This document shows positions 24,059-37,579 of a stretch of DNA of 64,000 nucleotides, in pieces. The stretch is from positions 36,084,001 through 36,148,000 of the forward strand of contig CM060734.1 in NCBI GenBank assembly GCA_030704615.1, in the 5' to 3' direction. Both the position numbers and the translations under genes were made by a program. The DNA is from Takakia lepidozioides. Taxonomy: Eukaryota > Plantae > Bryophyta. Numbering within the stretch: the stretch's first letter is position 1; every line of letters begins with the position of its first letter. The notes under the pieces were generated by a model. That model was not told where the DNA came from and did not search any database. It saw only the letters and a program-made list of their open reading frames with translations.

Positions 24059-25509
24059 ACAACAACGCTGTAATTGTTATGAACGATAGTTTAAACGTTT
24101 AAACTTCCTATGGAGGAGGAAGAGAAGAACTTCCAGCTCAACTCTTTGGACTGTGAGGATGGGTCTGATCATGTGGTTGAGTCAGCTATTATGACGCTAA
24201 TTTTATAATATAACTTTTATGTAAGGGGAGAGTAACATTGATTACCTAGTCTACCTAGAAATGGATACATTAATTTAAGCCTCTCATTTTTGAATAATTG
24301 GGAGTTTATGTCGCGTGTGGGACAGGGCGCGCACGCCCGTACGGACGGGGTCGCCCTCCCCCGCCCCACCCACCCCCACCTACCAGCGCGGTCGGCAGCC
24401 CCGCAGCCACCCGCGGCCCTGCCTGCATGCCGCCCAGCCCGCCCCCGGACCGCGGCCACCGCCCGCCCTCGCCACTGGGTCCGCCCGCCATCGGTCCCCA
24501 GTGGGTCTGCCCGGGATGGGGTCTGCCCAAGCTCGGTCTGCCCGCTGCTGGCGCATGTCGCCCGGCAGACCACCCCAGACCGGCACAACAGACCCAGACC
24601 TACGTGGCGCGCATCTGCCCGTCCAGATCCGGTTTTGTCCAGACCGTCCGGATTTAGGGCATGCCATGGCACTCGCCGATCTCCTCAGACCCCCTTTGCT
24701 TCTTCTTTTTTTCTCTGTTGCCGGTGTTGTTTGCTGCTGTTTGTTGTTTGACTGTTTAGAACCAACAGTCTCGCCGGTTGTGAAGAATCCCTTTGCATGA
24801 CTCCATGGACTCTCTGGCAACTTCGGAGTCCATCGTTTCAAGCCACAGCCTCTTTTGTTCATATGCTTCTACTTGACGACATGTGGGCAACGGTATGGGC
24901 AACACGTGTATTTTGGAGAGGACGGCACGTGGCGTAATATGCATGGAGTGGGTGTGTAGTACTTTACTGCCTATACTGTAGGTCATTCCACATAGCTGTG
25001 GAGCATACCATAGTGGGTGTGAAATATTCTACTGCTGATGTTGTAGGTCATTCCACAAAAATGTGGAGGATGCCAGAGGCAAGCTGCGGTTGATTTCACA
25101 TATTTGTGACGTCATGGTGTGCACAATTAATCCACAGGCATCATGATCATATCACAAATCGTGATACTGTCCACACTGTCAGTTTCATAGAAATATGACT
25201 CATATACATAAACACAATTCCAAAGCATCACGGCAACAACCTGCTCATGACATGTACAATTGACTAAGCATGGCCAGAACAACAGAAAGAATGACCAGAT
25301 GCAAGGGTGCTTCAAAGTTGGGTACGCCCTTCATTGCCCAAATACAGTTTAGTCTGAACATGCAAGTATTACAGAGTCTACACTGCTGATCACAACCCCA
25401 CAATGTACCCAAATCCTACATTGATGCGCAAAATCACGAAGAAAAGGTGAAATCGATATGAAGTGGCGTTCAGTCAAAATTGCCTTCAAACTGAGGATCC
25501 CCCACAACC

Positions 25510-27663
25510 TCATGTTCGGGTCAGTTTGAGGAACTTGGCAGACCACAGGGTCGTGCTGCCTACAGTGTCACTGAGCATCACAATGGGAGGCCTAACATCA
25601 TTGTTGGGGTATGGTAGAGCAACATCTGCCCCATGTACTGCTTCAACCGAGACAACATGATAATCGGCATGAACAACATAAGCCGCATGTCGCATCATTT
25701 TTCCGTAGGTGTGGACAAGTCCACACCCCAATATATGGCCCACGCTTGCCTTCCGTTTGGGTGCATTGGGGTCAAACATTGTGACCTTGTCACCAACCTG
25801 AAACTGGAACAGCCAACACCACCAATGTGTGCCCTTGTCATTTGTTATGCACATGAAACAGTTATGGACAGGGAAAACGCGAGATGTCATCATATAGCCC
25901 TGCAAACAAAATACGGATGTACTTTCACGAAGGGAAACTTACAACAGGAGCCGGCGCTTTGAAGCTTCCCATACGGCTCCCATCAACGTTGCTGGCAGCA
26001 AGTCTTGCGGACTTCTTGGTCATCTTCACCGCAACAATTTCCTTTGGTGGCTTCTGAATCAATAGAAACCCACACATGTACACAAAATTCATGAACGGCC
26101 TGCAGGTATTGCATAATCGACTTGGAACAGCACAAGAATATAGGAACACGAGTACTTACCGAACAACGGCCAATTTTGTTGTTGAATCAATGTTCTTCCC
26201 TGCCCCAACAATAACCACTCCTGTGCCCTTAGCCCCTGCCCCTATGTCTTGGGCACTCTGTCTAAGTTCTGCTGGTGTGATCCTCCACTACAGGCACTCC
26301 CTTCTCAATAAGGGGGGATAGATCATCATTGGCACCATAATTAAGGCAAGGATCGTCACATGCCATGTTCTGAACTTTGTCCTCACCTGTGGCATCTTCT
26401 TCCACAATACTGCCCCCTTTCCTTTGTCCACTGCCTCCACTGCTAGGAGGCTGCTCACCTGTATTTGTCATTTCCACAGTAGCCGCAGGTGGGACAACAC
26501 CATGAACAGGGGGCGACAACTCACACACAATGTTTGATGTTGATGGAGATTCATCCCTCGGCAGGTCCAAACCGAGCTTCGCTGCCAATGCCATGTTGAA
26601 CTTCTCTGTCTTAGATACTGCAGCGGCAAACATGGATTTCACTACGTGCAATTCCAATTTGTGCTCCATTGAGCTGGCCTCCATTGTATGTTTCCATCCT
26701 TCCAAGCCATCAAGCCGAGAAGCCAATGCTCCAAGGCCCTGCCACAAATAGAGTGCAAATACGATTCAATACATCGATTGCACTAGCCATGCGAGGTAAT
26801 TTATTGGCATATGTACAAGAAGGCAAAACCATAAATAATTGACAAGCACCTCATTGCAACAAATACAGGTGGGTTAGTTACTTACAGAACGGGTGGCCCC
26901 TGCTGAATCAGAACCATACCCCTTGTTGCTATTCTTGCTTCCCGAAATTTCGGATAGCAGTGGAGGACGACCACTTGTCTTAGCCTACACATGGACAGGA
27001 TATGGGAATATTAGTGCCATCCTCTAAGAGTAAGATACAAATGACAAGACACCTCAATACCTGAATATATTGGCAATGTCATGAGACAAGCAGATTTACC
27101 AGACGTTCCTCAACGCCGCTAAGGCCACTGCGTCCAGATCTCGAAGGGGCACCAACATGCCCCCTTGCATGCTTACCATTATCACGACTCTTTTGCCATT
27201 CGGGCGTGTTCCAATGCCTCACTAATTCTGCCCAAGTCTTGTCCGCAACATAGTGGGGCTTAGGTTTGCCACGGGAGTACACTTTTCTAAACAATTTGAT
27301 GCGCTGGTATTTAATGACGCCTCCAATCTCAGTTCGAAGTTGGGCGCCACTTATCCCAGGAGGTAAATATTCCCAATCATCTGCTAATAGTTCACCCACC
27401 TCGTCAATCAGACTTTGAGGTTGAAGATGGATGGGCATAGAACAGTCCAGCACACGTTGGCATTGCCCTTGCAGGGCTGCCAGCCAGTCATTCCGTGCAT
27501 CCCCGCATGGACCCTTTTTGCCACAGGCAACTATGAATCTCTTTTGCCCAGCACCCACATTTACACAAGTCGTTTCTTTCAACCCTTTCCGTGCTACTCT
27601 CCTCGCCTTGCGCAAAAAATTGGCTCTGTCCTTGCCAGTCAAATGTTGCGCATTTGGAGTCAT
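25510..27663 (-). mobile_element. CACTA/En-Spm TnpA-like (Ptta/En/Spm Transposase_24-type) spliced gene
   Basis: 27663-27100: KPKPHYVADKTWAELVRHWNTPEWQKSRDNGKHARGHVGAPSRSGRSG. Middle coiled-coil and low-complexity exons follow. The last exon, VGDKVTMFDP...VVSVEAVHGADVALPYPNNDVRPPIVMLSDTVGSTTLWSAKFL, is a Tnp1-like C-terminal domain. The element probably spans ~24300-29900 (a tgtagtg end motif lies at 29889-29895; the other end was not found). Confidence 0.7.
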
Positions 27664-30179
27664 ATTGGAATCACGGGCCTACTCTCCTCCCTCACAACCT
27701 GCAACATGGGCCCCTGCGGGCGGACATGAACCCTGCCACGCACCAACGTGGGGTGTGGGGTGGACAGGAATATAACCTGTGCTCGGAGCTGGTGAACTTG
27801 GGAAATGAGAGGCCGCGAAGCGGTGCAATTGGGTGAAGCTGTGGGCTGTCTGGATAAGGGCCATGCAGCGGCGCACTATACATGGGGCTTCTGGGATACG
27901 TTGCCTGGGGAGGATACACAGGTAGGGGAGGGTTGGGATGAGGGTACCACACACCTTCGTGGTAGTGCCCATGCTGAACAGGAGCATGTTGTGCTTCCCC
28001 AGTTTGCGGAAATGCCCCACACGGAACTGCAGGACTACTTGGACCTGCACATGACCGGTTTTCCCCTGACGGGCTGTTTGCATTGTAGGACTGCACTGTG
28101 TTGGGGATGTACTTCTTTATAATGTTTGTTCTGGTTTGGTGTAGTTGGGGGACAACCTACACAGCAAGTCACATGTTGGATCTGATGGGCATTGCAACTG
28201 TGGATGGTGATTCACATGTCTTCCCCACTAATGGGACCCCTCTGTTCATGCTTGGGATTTGGCAAGTTCGTAAACCCCCACTTTTTTGACTGTGTGCTTG
28301 CAGGTCACATGTGCTGCATGGGGCAGAGCCATTAAGTTGGCTACAGGTTCAATTCCTCCGCACATGACAGTATGTGGCCCTATTTATGATGGCTTTGACT
28401 TACTCATAGAGAGGGCTCGTGTGTTGGTTACTCTATTTTTGGCTTGTTTAAAAACCCTCACTGTGACAGGGATGAGGCTTCTATCATTGCTCAATTTTCC
28501 ACTTGTGATGGTGGAGGAGAATGTTCATGAATCACAAGAAGGTCTGTGGCACCTCGGAACCCATGAATTCAGAATCATGGAGATTCCAGATTCATATATA
28601 GCCAAAGTTGATCTTTTGCTTTGTGATTTCTCTCTGTTTCTCATGTTTGTGAGATTCGGTGCTTCATCCCTCTGCATGTACCACCCCGCTTTGTCATGAT
28701 TGCGAGTTGGAATTGTAAAGATGACCTTTCTTTGAAAACATACATACTTTGTATGGGGGGCTTGAGGTGAGCAATCCAGAGACCATTATGTGTTACAGAC
28801 ACTAATTACCAGTCCACATTATGGGTGTGTACTTTGCATGGATTTGCAACCCCCCACATTATTTGGTCCTTCCGAAAATAAAACTCTTTCTTGCTAGAGC
28901 TGGAAGCTCATGGGCGCTATGCCTTCAACCATCCAGATGTGCTGTTATTTGTTCTGAATGTGGACTGAAGCAAAAACTAAAGCAAAAACGTCATGCATGA
29001 GACGATTGCGGGAAGCTACAGTGCATGAATCTACATTGCGGTGTATGTCAATGACACTGTGTATATCCTCGCTCACCTCGATCCATGATCACCATGACAT
29101 CGTGCTCATTCGAGAGGGCATGGAAGGCCAGTCAATGTGTACCACATGGAGTAATCGTGGAGCAACGGGTACTTCTTGCCAACAGATCGGAGCCTCTTAT
29201 TGCAATTTGCAAGGCACCAAAAGTAGGCCACAGGCTCCTTCTTGTGGATGCCACTCTGACCCAACCAGTGGAGCACGACGATGATAGCTTTTTCAGCGCA
29301 GGCATTCTGTCCCGGTACACGTTCTTGGGCTGCCTTCTGCTTTTTGACTTGAAGATCGAATGCGCGATTCCAAGCACAACGGTGCTCCATGATTTCATCC
29401 AGAATTGGCTGGTTTCGCAGATGCATCTGCTCGACTTCGCGGTAGTGAGAGGCCCGTTTCCACACCTGTGATTGAGGAGGCATTCCTGCACACTTTGAAA
29501 TGCTTTGCCGAGATAGAGAGTCCATTGAAGTGCAAAGCAAGCAGATGAAGGAAGCAGACGACATTCGGTAATGCGCGAGAACCACCTTGTCTGCCAAAGT
29601 GGACAATGGACAAGTCGCACGTAGGGAAATCATGCATGTGCCTTTTCCAGTACATTGGTGGTGACTTGGCATTAGGGGCTGGTCTCACGGTGCATTTTCC
29701 ACACTTCGTAATTAACATGCAGGAATTATGGTGTTGGTGAGATATGTAACTAGTTTTATTTTATTTTATTTTTATTTATTTATTTTTATTTTTATTTTTT
29801 ATAAATAAATGAAACAGGGAGGCCGTGGCATGGGACTTTATATGGGGAAAAAAATAAAACCCCCATGAACGCCATGAGAGTCACACACTGTAGTGCGACC
29901 ACCTCTTTGTCTTTCCGAGGCCAGATTTTGAAGTTCGTGATTTATTCCGTTTGCAGCGGAGTAGTAACTAACCCCATACACCACAATCAGTGGAAATAAT
30001 TGTATGTTCCCATTTCACACAGGTGTGTAACATGCCATGTAAACTAAGCCAACCCCTGCCACGCTCATGGCTGTTTTCACACCGTTCTTGCCTGGGGTGT
30101 GGACCACATGTGAGACACCCCACAGTTAGGGCATACTTAGACCCACACCTTGGCTTAGTGTACAGATCCGTGATAACAG

Positions 30180-32709
30180 CCATGGAATGTGCCAGGTGTG
30201 AGATGGCAGAGCCGTGGAAAAAGCCGGTTTCTCTTCTAGTGCCTCCATACCACAGCCAGTTGACTCAGTTGCCCCAGAGGTAACTTGGATAGTACATACT
30301 GTTACACCAGAGCCTATTGTTGTGGAAGGAGAAGGGTTGGACATTCCCACTACAGAGCAGGTTGTGGCAGAAATTGAGAAGGGTGACCTTCTCTATGAAA
30401 ACTCTGGCATGGTTGGAGAACCAGTAGCACCAAAGATACAGGGTCTGACCAAAGAAATTCTTGTTGTGCCAGTCATGCCCAAACCTGTGGAGGAGGTTCA
30501 AGGGGTAGAGTGCAAAGGCACAACAGCACTTGTGGAGGATCAAGTTGCTCAGGGAGACGATCTTGTAGGATCCTGACCTGACTGGTTTGTGAAACATCAA
30601 ACCGTGGAGGATCAGGGAGAACGACAGCAAGTTCTCCATGAAGACCCACAGCATGCTATGCTTATGAGTTCCGTATGTAGGACTCTCAACCTGTTGGGCA
30701 CTTAAGTGACATCCCATGTTCCTTCTACACAACTGGCAGCATTGAGGGATGAACTCAAACAAGAGTTTGAGGCAAGAATTGCCACTGAGTGTGCAAATAA
30801 GGTGGATGTGGAGGCCAACCATAAGTTGCAGAAAGAGTTGGAGGACGCTCAGTCTGCCCTACAACTTGCAAAGGGAAACCTGATTGAAGCAGGTCTGCAG
30901 CAGGAGAAGTTGCATGAAGTGCACAAACAGCAGTTATATCAGTTGCAGGTGAAGCATGAAGGCAAACTGCAGGAAGTGAAGTTGTTTCATACAGAGTTAG
31001 AGGCAGTACATCAGAGAATGACCATCCAATGTGCCTCACTAATAACTACTCTGGAGCAAACTGCATTAGAAGTTAACAAACAAGCAGAGAGATGTTATGG
31101 TGGGAGGCTGAGACAGTGGAGCAGGGAAACTCATTGCTGACTTGAATGCTACTATCCGTTGCAATGAGGATACCTTTCAACAGTACAGTCGGATTGAGGT
31201 TGAGAAGGACAGGTACATCTTGGAGTTGCAACAAACACTCACGACACGAAAGAATGAGCTTTCTGCGACTACCAAGGCTTGGAAGGAAGCCAAGACTCTG
31301 TCTGCTGCCTATGCAGCTCTGGTTGAACCTCATGCGAAGCGCATGGAGAGTTTGCAGCAGTTGCAAACATATAGACTCAAGGAGGAGCAGGGTCTCAGGG
31401 GTGCTATACAGGACTTGGTGGATAATCATCTTATGCAAGTATGGTTAACACGAGGGCCGGTAGAAGGGAAGGCACCAAGGAAGCTCACCCAGGAGGAGAT
31501 GAATGATCTCAGGCTGGTCAGCAGAACTGCCACAACCACTATAGACAATGTCTATAGTAGAATAGCTGAGTTGCAGGATGATGTGGAAGGGCTGCAGACT
31601 CAAGTGGATGAGTTAAGCTCCAACATTGATAAAAGAGTTTTTGTTCCTGAGGAAGAGCTGGGGGCTACTTATTTGCATGCACAGACTTTGATTTTCCAAT
31701 CTTCGTCACAGGAGGTGCATGACTTGCCAACAACAGGAGGGACAGTGGTGCCAATGTCACAGCAACCACAGCAGGTCGACGCTGTTGATACCATGACACT
31801 GCAACAATCTGAGGTCTGGGGGGATGCTGCTTTTAACCCACCTAAGATTCCTGCTGCACTTGAGTACAATCGGGCTATGATTATGCCCTTCAACCAAATT
31901 CCCATTGTTATGGATTTGGCTTGGAAGGAATTCAGTCCTCCAGAGTCTTTGGCACACTATTACCAGATCATGCGCATTTGGTTGCCAGTGGCTCTTCCGA
32001 ACAACCGACCCATTGAGGATATCATTTTGCAAGGTACTGGTCTGAGGCAGGCACCATGCTGAAGGAATTAATCTGAGGCAAGGCACCATGCTGAAGGAAT
32101 AATTGCCTTCTAGATTGTTCTAGTGTATATTACACCAAGAAACCAGGAGGTACCTAGTTTTGGTCATGGGTTGTGGATTATACTATGCTGCTTATTTCAT
32201 TGCACATTTCACATTGACAGCAGAAGATTAGTCGATTCGAGAAATGTTTTCCACTGGGGATCATTGGGTTTTACCTTCAATTCCACCCCATACGTATCTG
32301 TATGATGTGAAGGTCATGTTGCAGAAGGATCCCCAACTTCGTTCTTGGTTCCATTTTGCTTTGGACGTTTGGCCAAGGAAAAATTTGGCTTTGACGATAT
32401 TTTTTTATAAGGGACATGACCTGGAAATACTTACACTGTTCTAAGGTCATTGGCACACCTCTCACCTATACGGACAAGGAGCTTCGGGAGTATACTAATT
32501 TTGCTCGCAAGCGATTGATGCAAGTGGTACAGTTTAAGCTTCCAGACCTGGTGGGCCAACACTGTATGCCATGTAGGATTCCTGAGAAGCCACTTAAAGT
32601 TCGGGCACCGAAAGGCCACATGGGGGAAGATGATTCTAATACTACTGGTTCTATGGAGGAACCTTTTGACATGGCGGAGGACTATGCACTACAAATGGCA
32701 GAGAATTAA
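30180..32709 (+). pseudogene. Long intronless decayed coiled-coil ORF, probably an extra ORF of an LTR retroelement
   Basis: ORFs 30214-30576, 30706-31140, 31142-32062 and 32244-32709 join through isolated stops and frameshifts. The middle is a Glu/Gln/Leu heptad-rich stretch. A ~30-bp tandem duplication lies at 32041-32102, and a PPT-like ggagggggag followed by TG lies at ~32969-32990. Confidence 0.5.
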
Positions 32710-33569
32710 CAACGGGGATCTCATATGCCTGAGAAGTTACCTCCGTATCAACAAAAGGAATGGCATTTATTTCATTTTTTGCTCAGTTGCCTCCATCAGC
32801 CAGTGACAGAGCTCGGGCTCGCACACAGAGCCCTCCATGGGACGCTCACTGACAGAAAGGTCCTATAACATCTGCATGAAGTATGAATGCTGGATGCTTA
32901 TAAGGCTACGCTGTGAAACTAAAGTTTAAAAAAAAAAAAAGATTGCAGGAGGATTGGCTCTAGATCATTGGAGGGGGAGTTTAGTGTAGGATCAAGAAAA
33001 TGTGAGGTTCACTTGATCTGTAATTATTGCTGGAGACTTTGTCCCTTAAATAGTAAACTAAATGAATTATATCCAAATTTATCATGAAATCTAATAAATA
33101 TTCCTAATTCTTTATCTCTTTTTTAAATCTCGATGGGATCTAAGTAAAAAGTGTCGAACTTCGTTTGGTACAATTTCGTCCGATTTAGACATAATTTGAT
33201 TTGCTATTTAAATAAAATTTACGATTATAGTTCAAAGAAAATTGACCTTTTAACTATTTTTATTTTTTATTTTTTATTTTTCAGACCCAAATGTCTTCGA
33301 TATGATGTCTTGGTGGTCCTCCCAGGTTCAAGCATGTTTGCCACCATCTTTATTGTGTTTTATGGCTCAATCTTCCAAAATGCCATACCCAATACTAGAG
33401 CAATACCAGGTAAGCTCATTGTTTTACTATCATGTCATTCATTGTTCTTCTAATATCAGCTTGTGCTACATGGCAAGAAGTAGCCAAAGGATCCTACAAG
33501 GGGAATGCTGACTTTTGTAAAACAGAATGATTAAGCAAAGTGAGCAGTCCTTCCTTGGTATTCTGTAGT

Positions 33570-34296
33570 ATCCTAGGGTCTCCCATATAATAGTTGATCT
33601 TCCGGAACATCATCTCTTCATCTTTGTATGGGGGTAGGTAGAGGCTGTAGCACTTGTGTGTTGGTCAACTATCACTGCTATTTATCATTGCTACTTACCT
33701 ACTAATGCCTTCCATAGCTAGTATCTAGAGTTGAGTAGTTGATTTTGCGTAGCATGGTTTCCAAGTCTTTGTAGGGTGGCAGGAACCATGTGCAAAAGCA
33801 AGTTGATGTCTGAATGCATGGCTCATCAACACGATCCAACAGCTCCACAGAAATCTTTGAGCGTCCAAAAAAATCGAGACCTGTAGTAAACACTGCAAGG
33901 CGCATACGCTCAGTGTAAGACATAGCATATTGTAGGGCTTGAATGAAAAACTCTTTTTGATCAGGTTTGATAGCTGCATGGAAGTTGACCTGTCTCAAGA
34001 ATTCATTGGCCTCGATGGCACAAGAACTAGAAAACACAGCTCTAAGTAGTGCATCTGCAGTCAAATTCTTGAAACCTTCTTCCATTTCTTTCTTTCCTAC
34101 AGGCGATGCCTTTGCTTGTTCAAGGGCTTTGTGAAAGCCAGCCCTCATTACCTTGCCCACACTCTCTCTTCCCTTGAAGAGACGATTGGCCATCAAAATT
34201 ACTAGTTTGAGTGAATGTTTACAAGTTTTTTCTTGCCTCCATTTATCATCACCTTACCAAAAGGCTATTCATCAGTGTCTGAAAATCTCTCGTATT
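33570..34296 (-). pseudogene. Divergent HECT E3 ubiquitin ligase C-terminal exon, with a duplicated C-terminal segment
   Basis: After a tttactctag acceptor: ..VMINGGKKKLVN (stops/frameshift)..ERMRLAVFTTG...KISVELLD...IQTSTCFCTWFLPPYKDLETMLRKINYSTLDTSYG (TCF with the catalytic Cys, LPxY). A second copy, HKCYSLYLPPYKDEEMMFRKINYYMGD, lies at ~33660-33575. Confidence 0.7.
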
Positions 34297-34419
34297 CTAG
34301 AGTAAAAGTAACATTAGATCATATCCCTATGTTATATTTTGATATTGTTCCTAATGTTTTTTTGCATAAAATATATTGGTTGCGTGAACTTTAAAAAAAA
34401 AAATTATGTTTTGCCTATA

Positions 34420-34672
34420 TGTGCGAGCGATTACAAGACTTGCGAGCTTGATTTCCTGTTGCGCAGTGCAAACAAGATCTCCCTCAACAATGGTGATTCA
34501 TTGATTCAATATTCATTCTACCTCCAAAAGTTGTTCAAGAGCGCAAGCAATTACAAGACATGTGAGCTTGATTCCCTGTTCCGTAGCACAAGAGAGATCT
34601 CCCTCAGCAAGAGAGCAAACAATGATTGATTCAATTTTCATTCTACTTCAAGAGCGCGAGCTAGTACAAGAT
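34420..34672. repeat. Imperfect ~115-bp tandem repeat (2.3 units)
   Basis: gcgagcgattacaagacttgcgagcttgatt...agatctccctca...ttgattcaat.ttcattctac is repeated. Confidence 0.8.
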
Positions 34673-36314
34673 ATATCACGCGCCATCGTGATTTCTTGAA
34701 AAGTACGTGCGCCCGAGAGTTCGTTTCAAGTGTCGGACTCCGTAGATCATTGGCTTGATGATAATGATATTCCTAAAAAATATTTATATATGAACAAAGA
34801 ATCTTTCATGAATGCCCTGTTGATCTTACAATCTTTCAACTCATTAAATCACTTCCCCCTTGTATCAATAGTCACGACTTTTCACATGTCTTAAAGTGAG
34901 CACATGCTCACTATGTATTTGACACCAAAATGTTCGACTTGTTTTAAAGGTGGCAACAACATTTCATAGCATTGAGTAGATATTTTGCTTATAATTTTGC
35001 TTGAAAGGTGGGAGATTGCTCTCAGGACTAGTGATATACTTGTTTACAGTTGTTTGGTTGGATTTTGTTCGTTTTTGTGATGTTTTGTTTGTCTTTAAAT
35101 CTTTTTTTCGGATATGCATAATTGAAAAAGGAGTTGGGGAGGCGGATATAATTGGTTTCAAATACGTGTCAAATATCTATCCACTGGATATGCATGGAAT
35201 ATATGAATAAAAATATATAGTAATAATAAAATTGGTCAAATTAGTTTGGTGGTTTTTCAACTAAGGCATATTGACAAGGTTACTTGAATAACAAGAGGGT
35301 GATCACGCAGATGTCTTGCAAATTCCATTATACAAAATCGCTAGGATGCATGCGTGTTTCCACAAGAACACCGAAAACCTTAATTCAAACTTCACACAAG
35401 ATAGCCAAAGTATGTTTAACCAATCAAAATGAGAGAAATGCTTATGTTCCCTTCAAAGGTCATAATTCGCAAGAGCATCCTCTGGTTAAAGGAGAAGAAT
35501 AAAAGATTTGCCAGATGTGAAATACCATCGTATTTGAAGAGCAATATGAGAATCAAATATCAAAATGATATACATCCCTTAACGCGTTTGCGCTAGGCAA
35601 CAATTACCTTCAACTATATGTATATATACATATATACATTTATACTTATAAAAGTGTATTGTGAAGCTTGTTTGCAAGTGCCACCTACATAAATGAAGAA
35701 GATTTGTGAAAAGTCAGTGGCAATATTAGCAAGCTAATGACAAATTCAATAAGAAATAAGAATTGTACATCTTCAAACGATTAGCATGCAACATATTCTC
35801 AAACTACTAAATTCTAAGGTTATATATTGGAACACATAGTCACTTTATTTGCATTATACACAAAGTTGGATAACAACTAAATATTATTCAGAACACGTTG
35901 GTCCAAGTTACTATTATCACAATAAGACCATTCAATAGATTTTTCTTTTTGGCTCTCTTGTAGAGAGAGAGTTTGCAACATGTTGAAGTCAACGGAGAAA
36001 ATGTAGTCAAAGGACCTTACACCATGTCAAGGTTCCGATTGGTGTGTTGTGCTTAGTCATGCCCCTTAACTTACCTCTCTTATGTTTTGCCGAAGCAAGA
36101 GAGCCCATGGCCGTTTTAGGCTTGTTTGATTTCCATATAATTAGAATAATTACTGTTCCATTGTTCGATATAGTTGACGCTTGATGGTGTCCATGTTTTA
36201 CCTATGCAATTGTATCCGCACTTTGCATGAATAGCGTGAGGTCTCTGCTCGATGAAAAAAACCTTGGGTACTCATCAGTGCCACTTGGGCCCTTAGGTGA
36301 GGATAGGTGTACAA

Positions 36315-36462
36315 GAGAGAGAGATGACTCCAGTGGAAGCCGTAACTAAGAGCCACTTCACCTCGCCGGTACTTGCCCCTTTGGGGGGTGGGCCCTATAA
36401 AACTAGAGGGTGCCCAGGGGGCGCCCACTAACCATGGGAAGATGGTGGGTACCCTGGGGGGT
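36315..36462 (-). mobile_element. 5'-truncated (CT)n-tailed retroposon insertion with 12-bp TSD
   Basis: Flanked by ATAGGTGTACAA at 36303-36314 and 36463-36474. The minus strand reads ccccaaaggggcaagtac...gaagtggctcttagttac...catctctctctc, matching the family at 7231, 7584 and 18932. Confidence 0.75.
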
Positions 36463-37579
36463 ATAGGTGTACAAATATATAGTTTGCTGGGCTTACAACT
36501 TCTCTTTGCCTTTATCTTCATCAACTCCAAAATAGATTCCAGTCCCTACATAGAGAGCATTAAAAGGCCTTATTAGCGCCATTATGTGTATGAAGCCTTC
36601 AATAATCCAATAGAAGTTAACCCTACTTAACATGAAAGACTAAATACATTTTGAGTGCCAGCGCCACTCATGACTCTTTTACTACTTTTTTGCAGCTCAT
36701 TCTGCTTCAATTCAACTCTCAAAGCTCTGCTGTCTAGTCAACACTACTAAATCACATAAGCCCAGCACAAACTCCAAAATCTCCATGGACCACTGACACT
36801 GCCTCATTCTACTCGCCCACCGTCACTGTCCAACCTGGGACTGCTCCTACACAGTGGGAACAGACGAACAGACTGGGAACCTCTCGAATTGGGAGTAGAG
36901 AAAGAAAAAAATATTTTAGATAGTTAGAAGTGGATTATAGAAACTTTAATCTACTCATCTGCTCCACTAATGTAGTTACACCATTTATGACCAAAGTAGT
37001 GGGCCCACTACAAAACATGGGGCCTATCCAGCCATGACAGTGGTGGAATCATTAACCAAAACTGCGCACTAAGTTGCAGCGGACAGTTTGTATTGAATGG
37101 GACAAGTTGTGGCCGACTGGTCCCTACAGGAATCTGCCGTCAGCCTTCAACACTTGGGAGCCCATCACAAACTGACTAACTAACTTACTAATTGCGTTAG
37201 GGCTCGCAATGACTCAAACCCACTTCTCATCACGGCCTTCAATGCCCACACTAATAACTAGCCCACTAAATGTGAGTCATCAGTTGAGGGTCACTTTCTG
37301 CTGCTCTCCATCCCCTCATTCATTGCTCTTTGTTGGTACTTGTACTCTGGTGATAACATCACTGCAGGAATGTCTGGGCACTGCTCTCATCATTTCTTTG
37401 AATTTTTCCCCTTCCACGGGTTCCCCCCTCTCCCTTGCATTGCCCTCCACAACTCACAGAAATGAGGGCAAATACTTATCAGAGTCTGAAAGGGAGGGTA
37501 ATGATTTGGAGATGATGGTCCCTCACAGTACAGTACTTGTGCCTGTTTAATGTGCCATGCTTCCATATTGGGCAGCACC

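Noticed and set aside
24217-24862. Cluster of 120-160 aa ORFs on both strands (also 37479-38178)
   Set aside because: Explained by very high GC content suppressing stop codons; Arg/Pro/Ala/Gly-rich with no domain.
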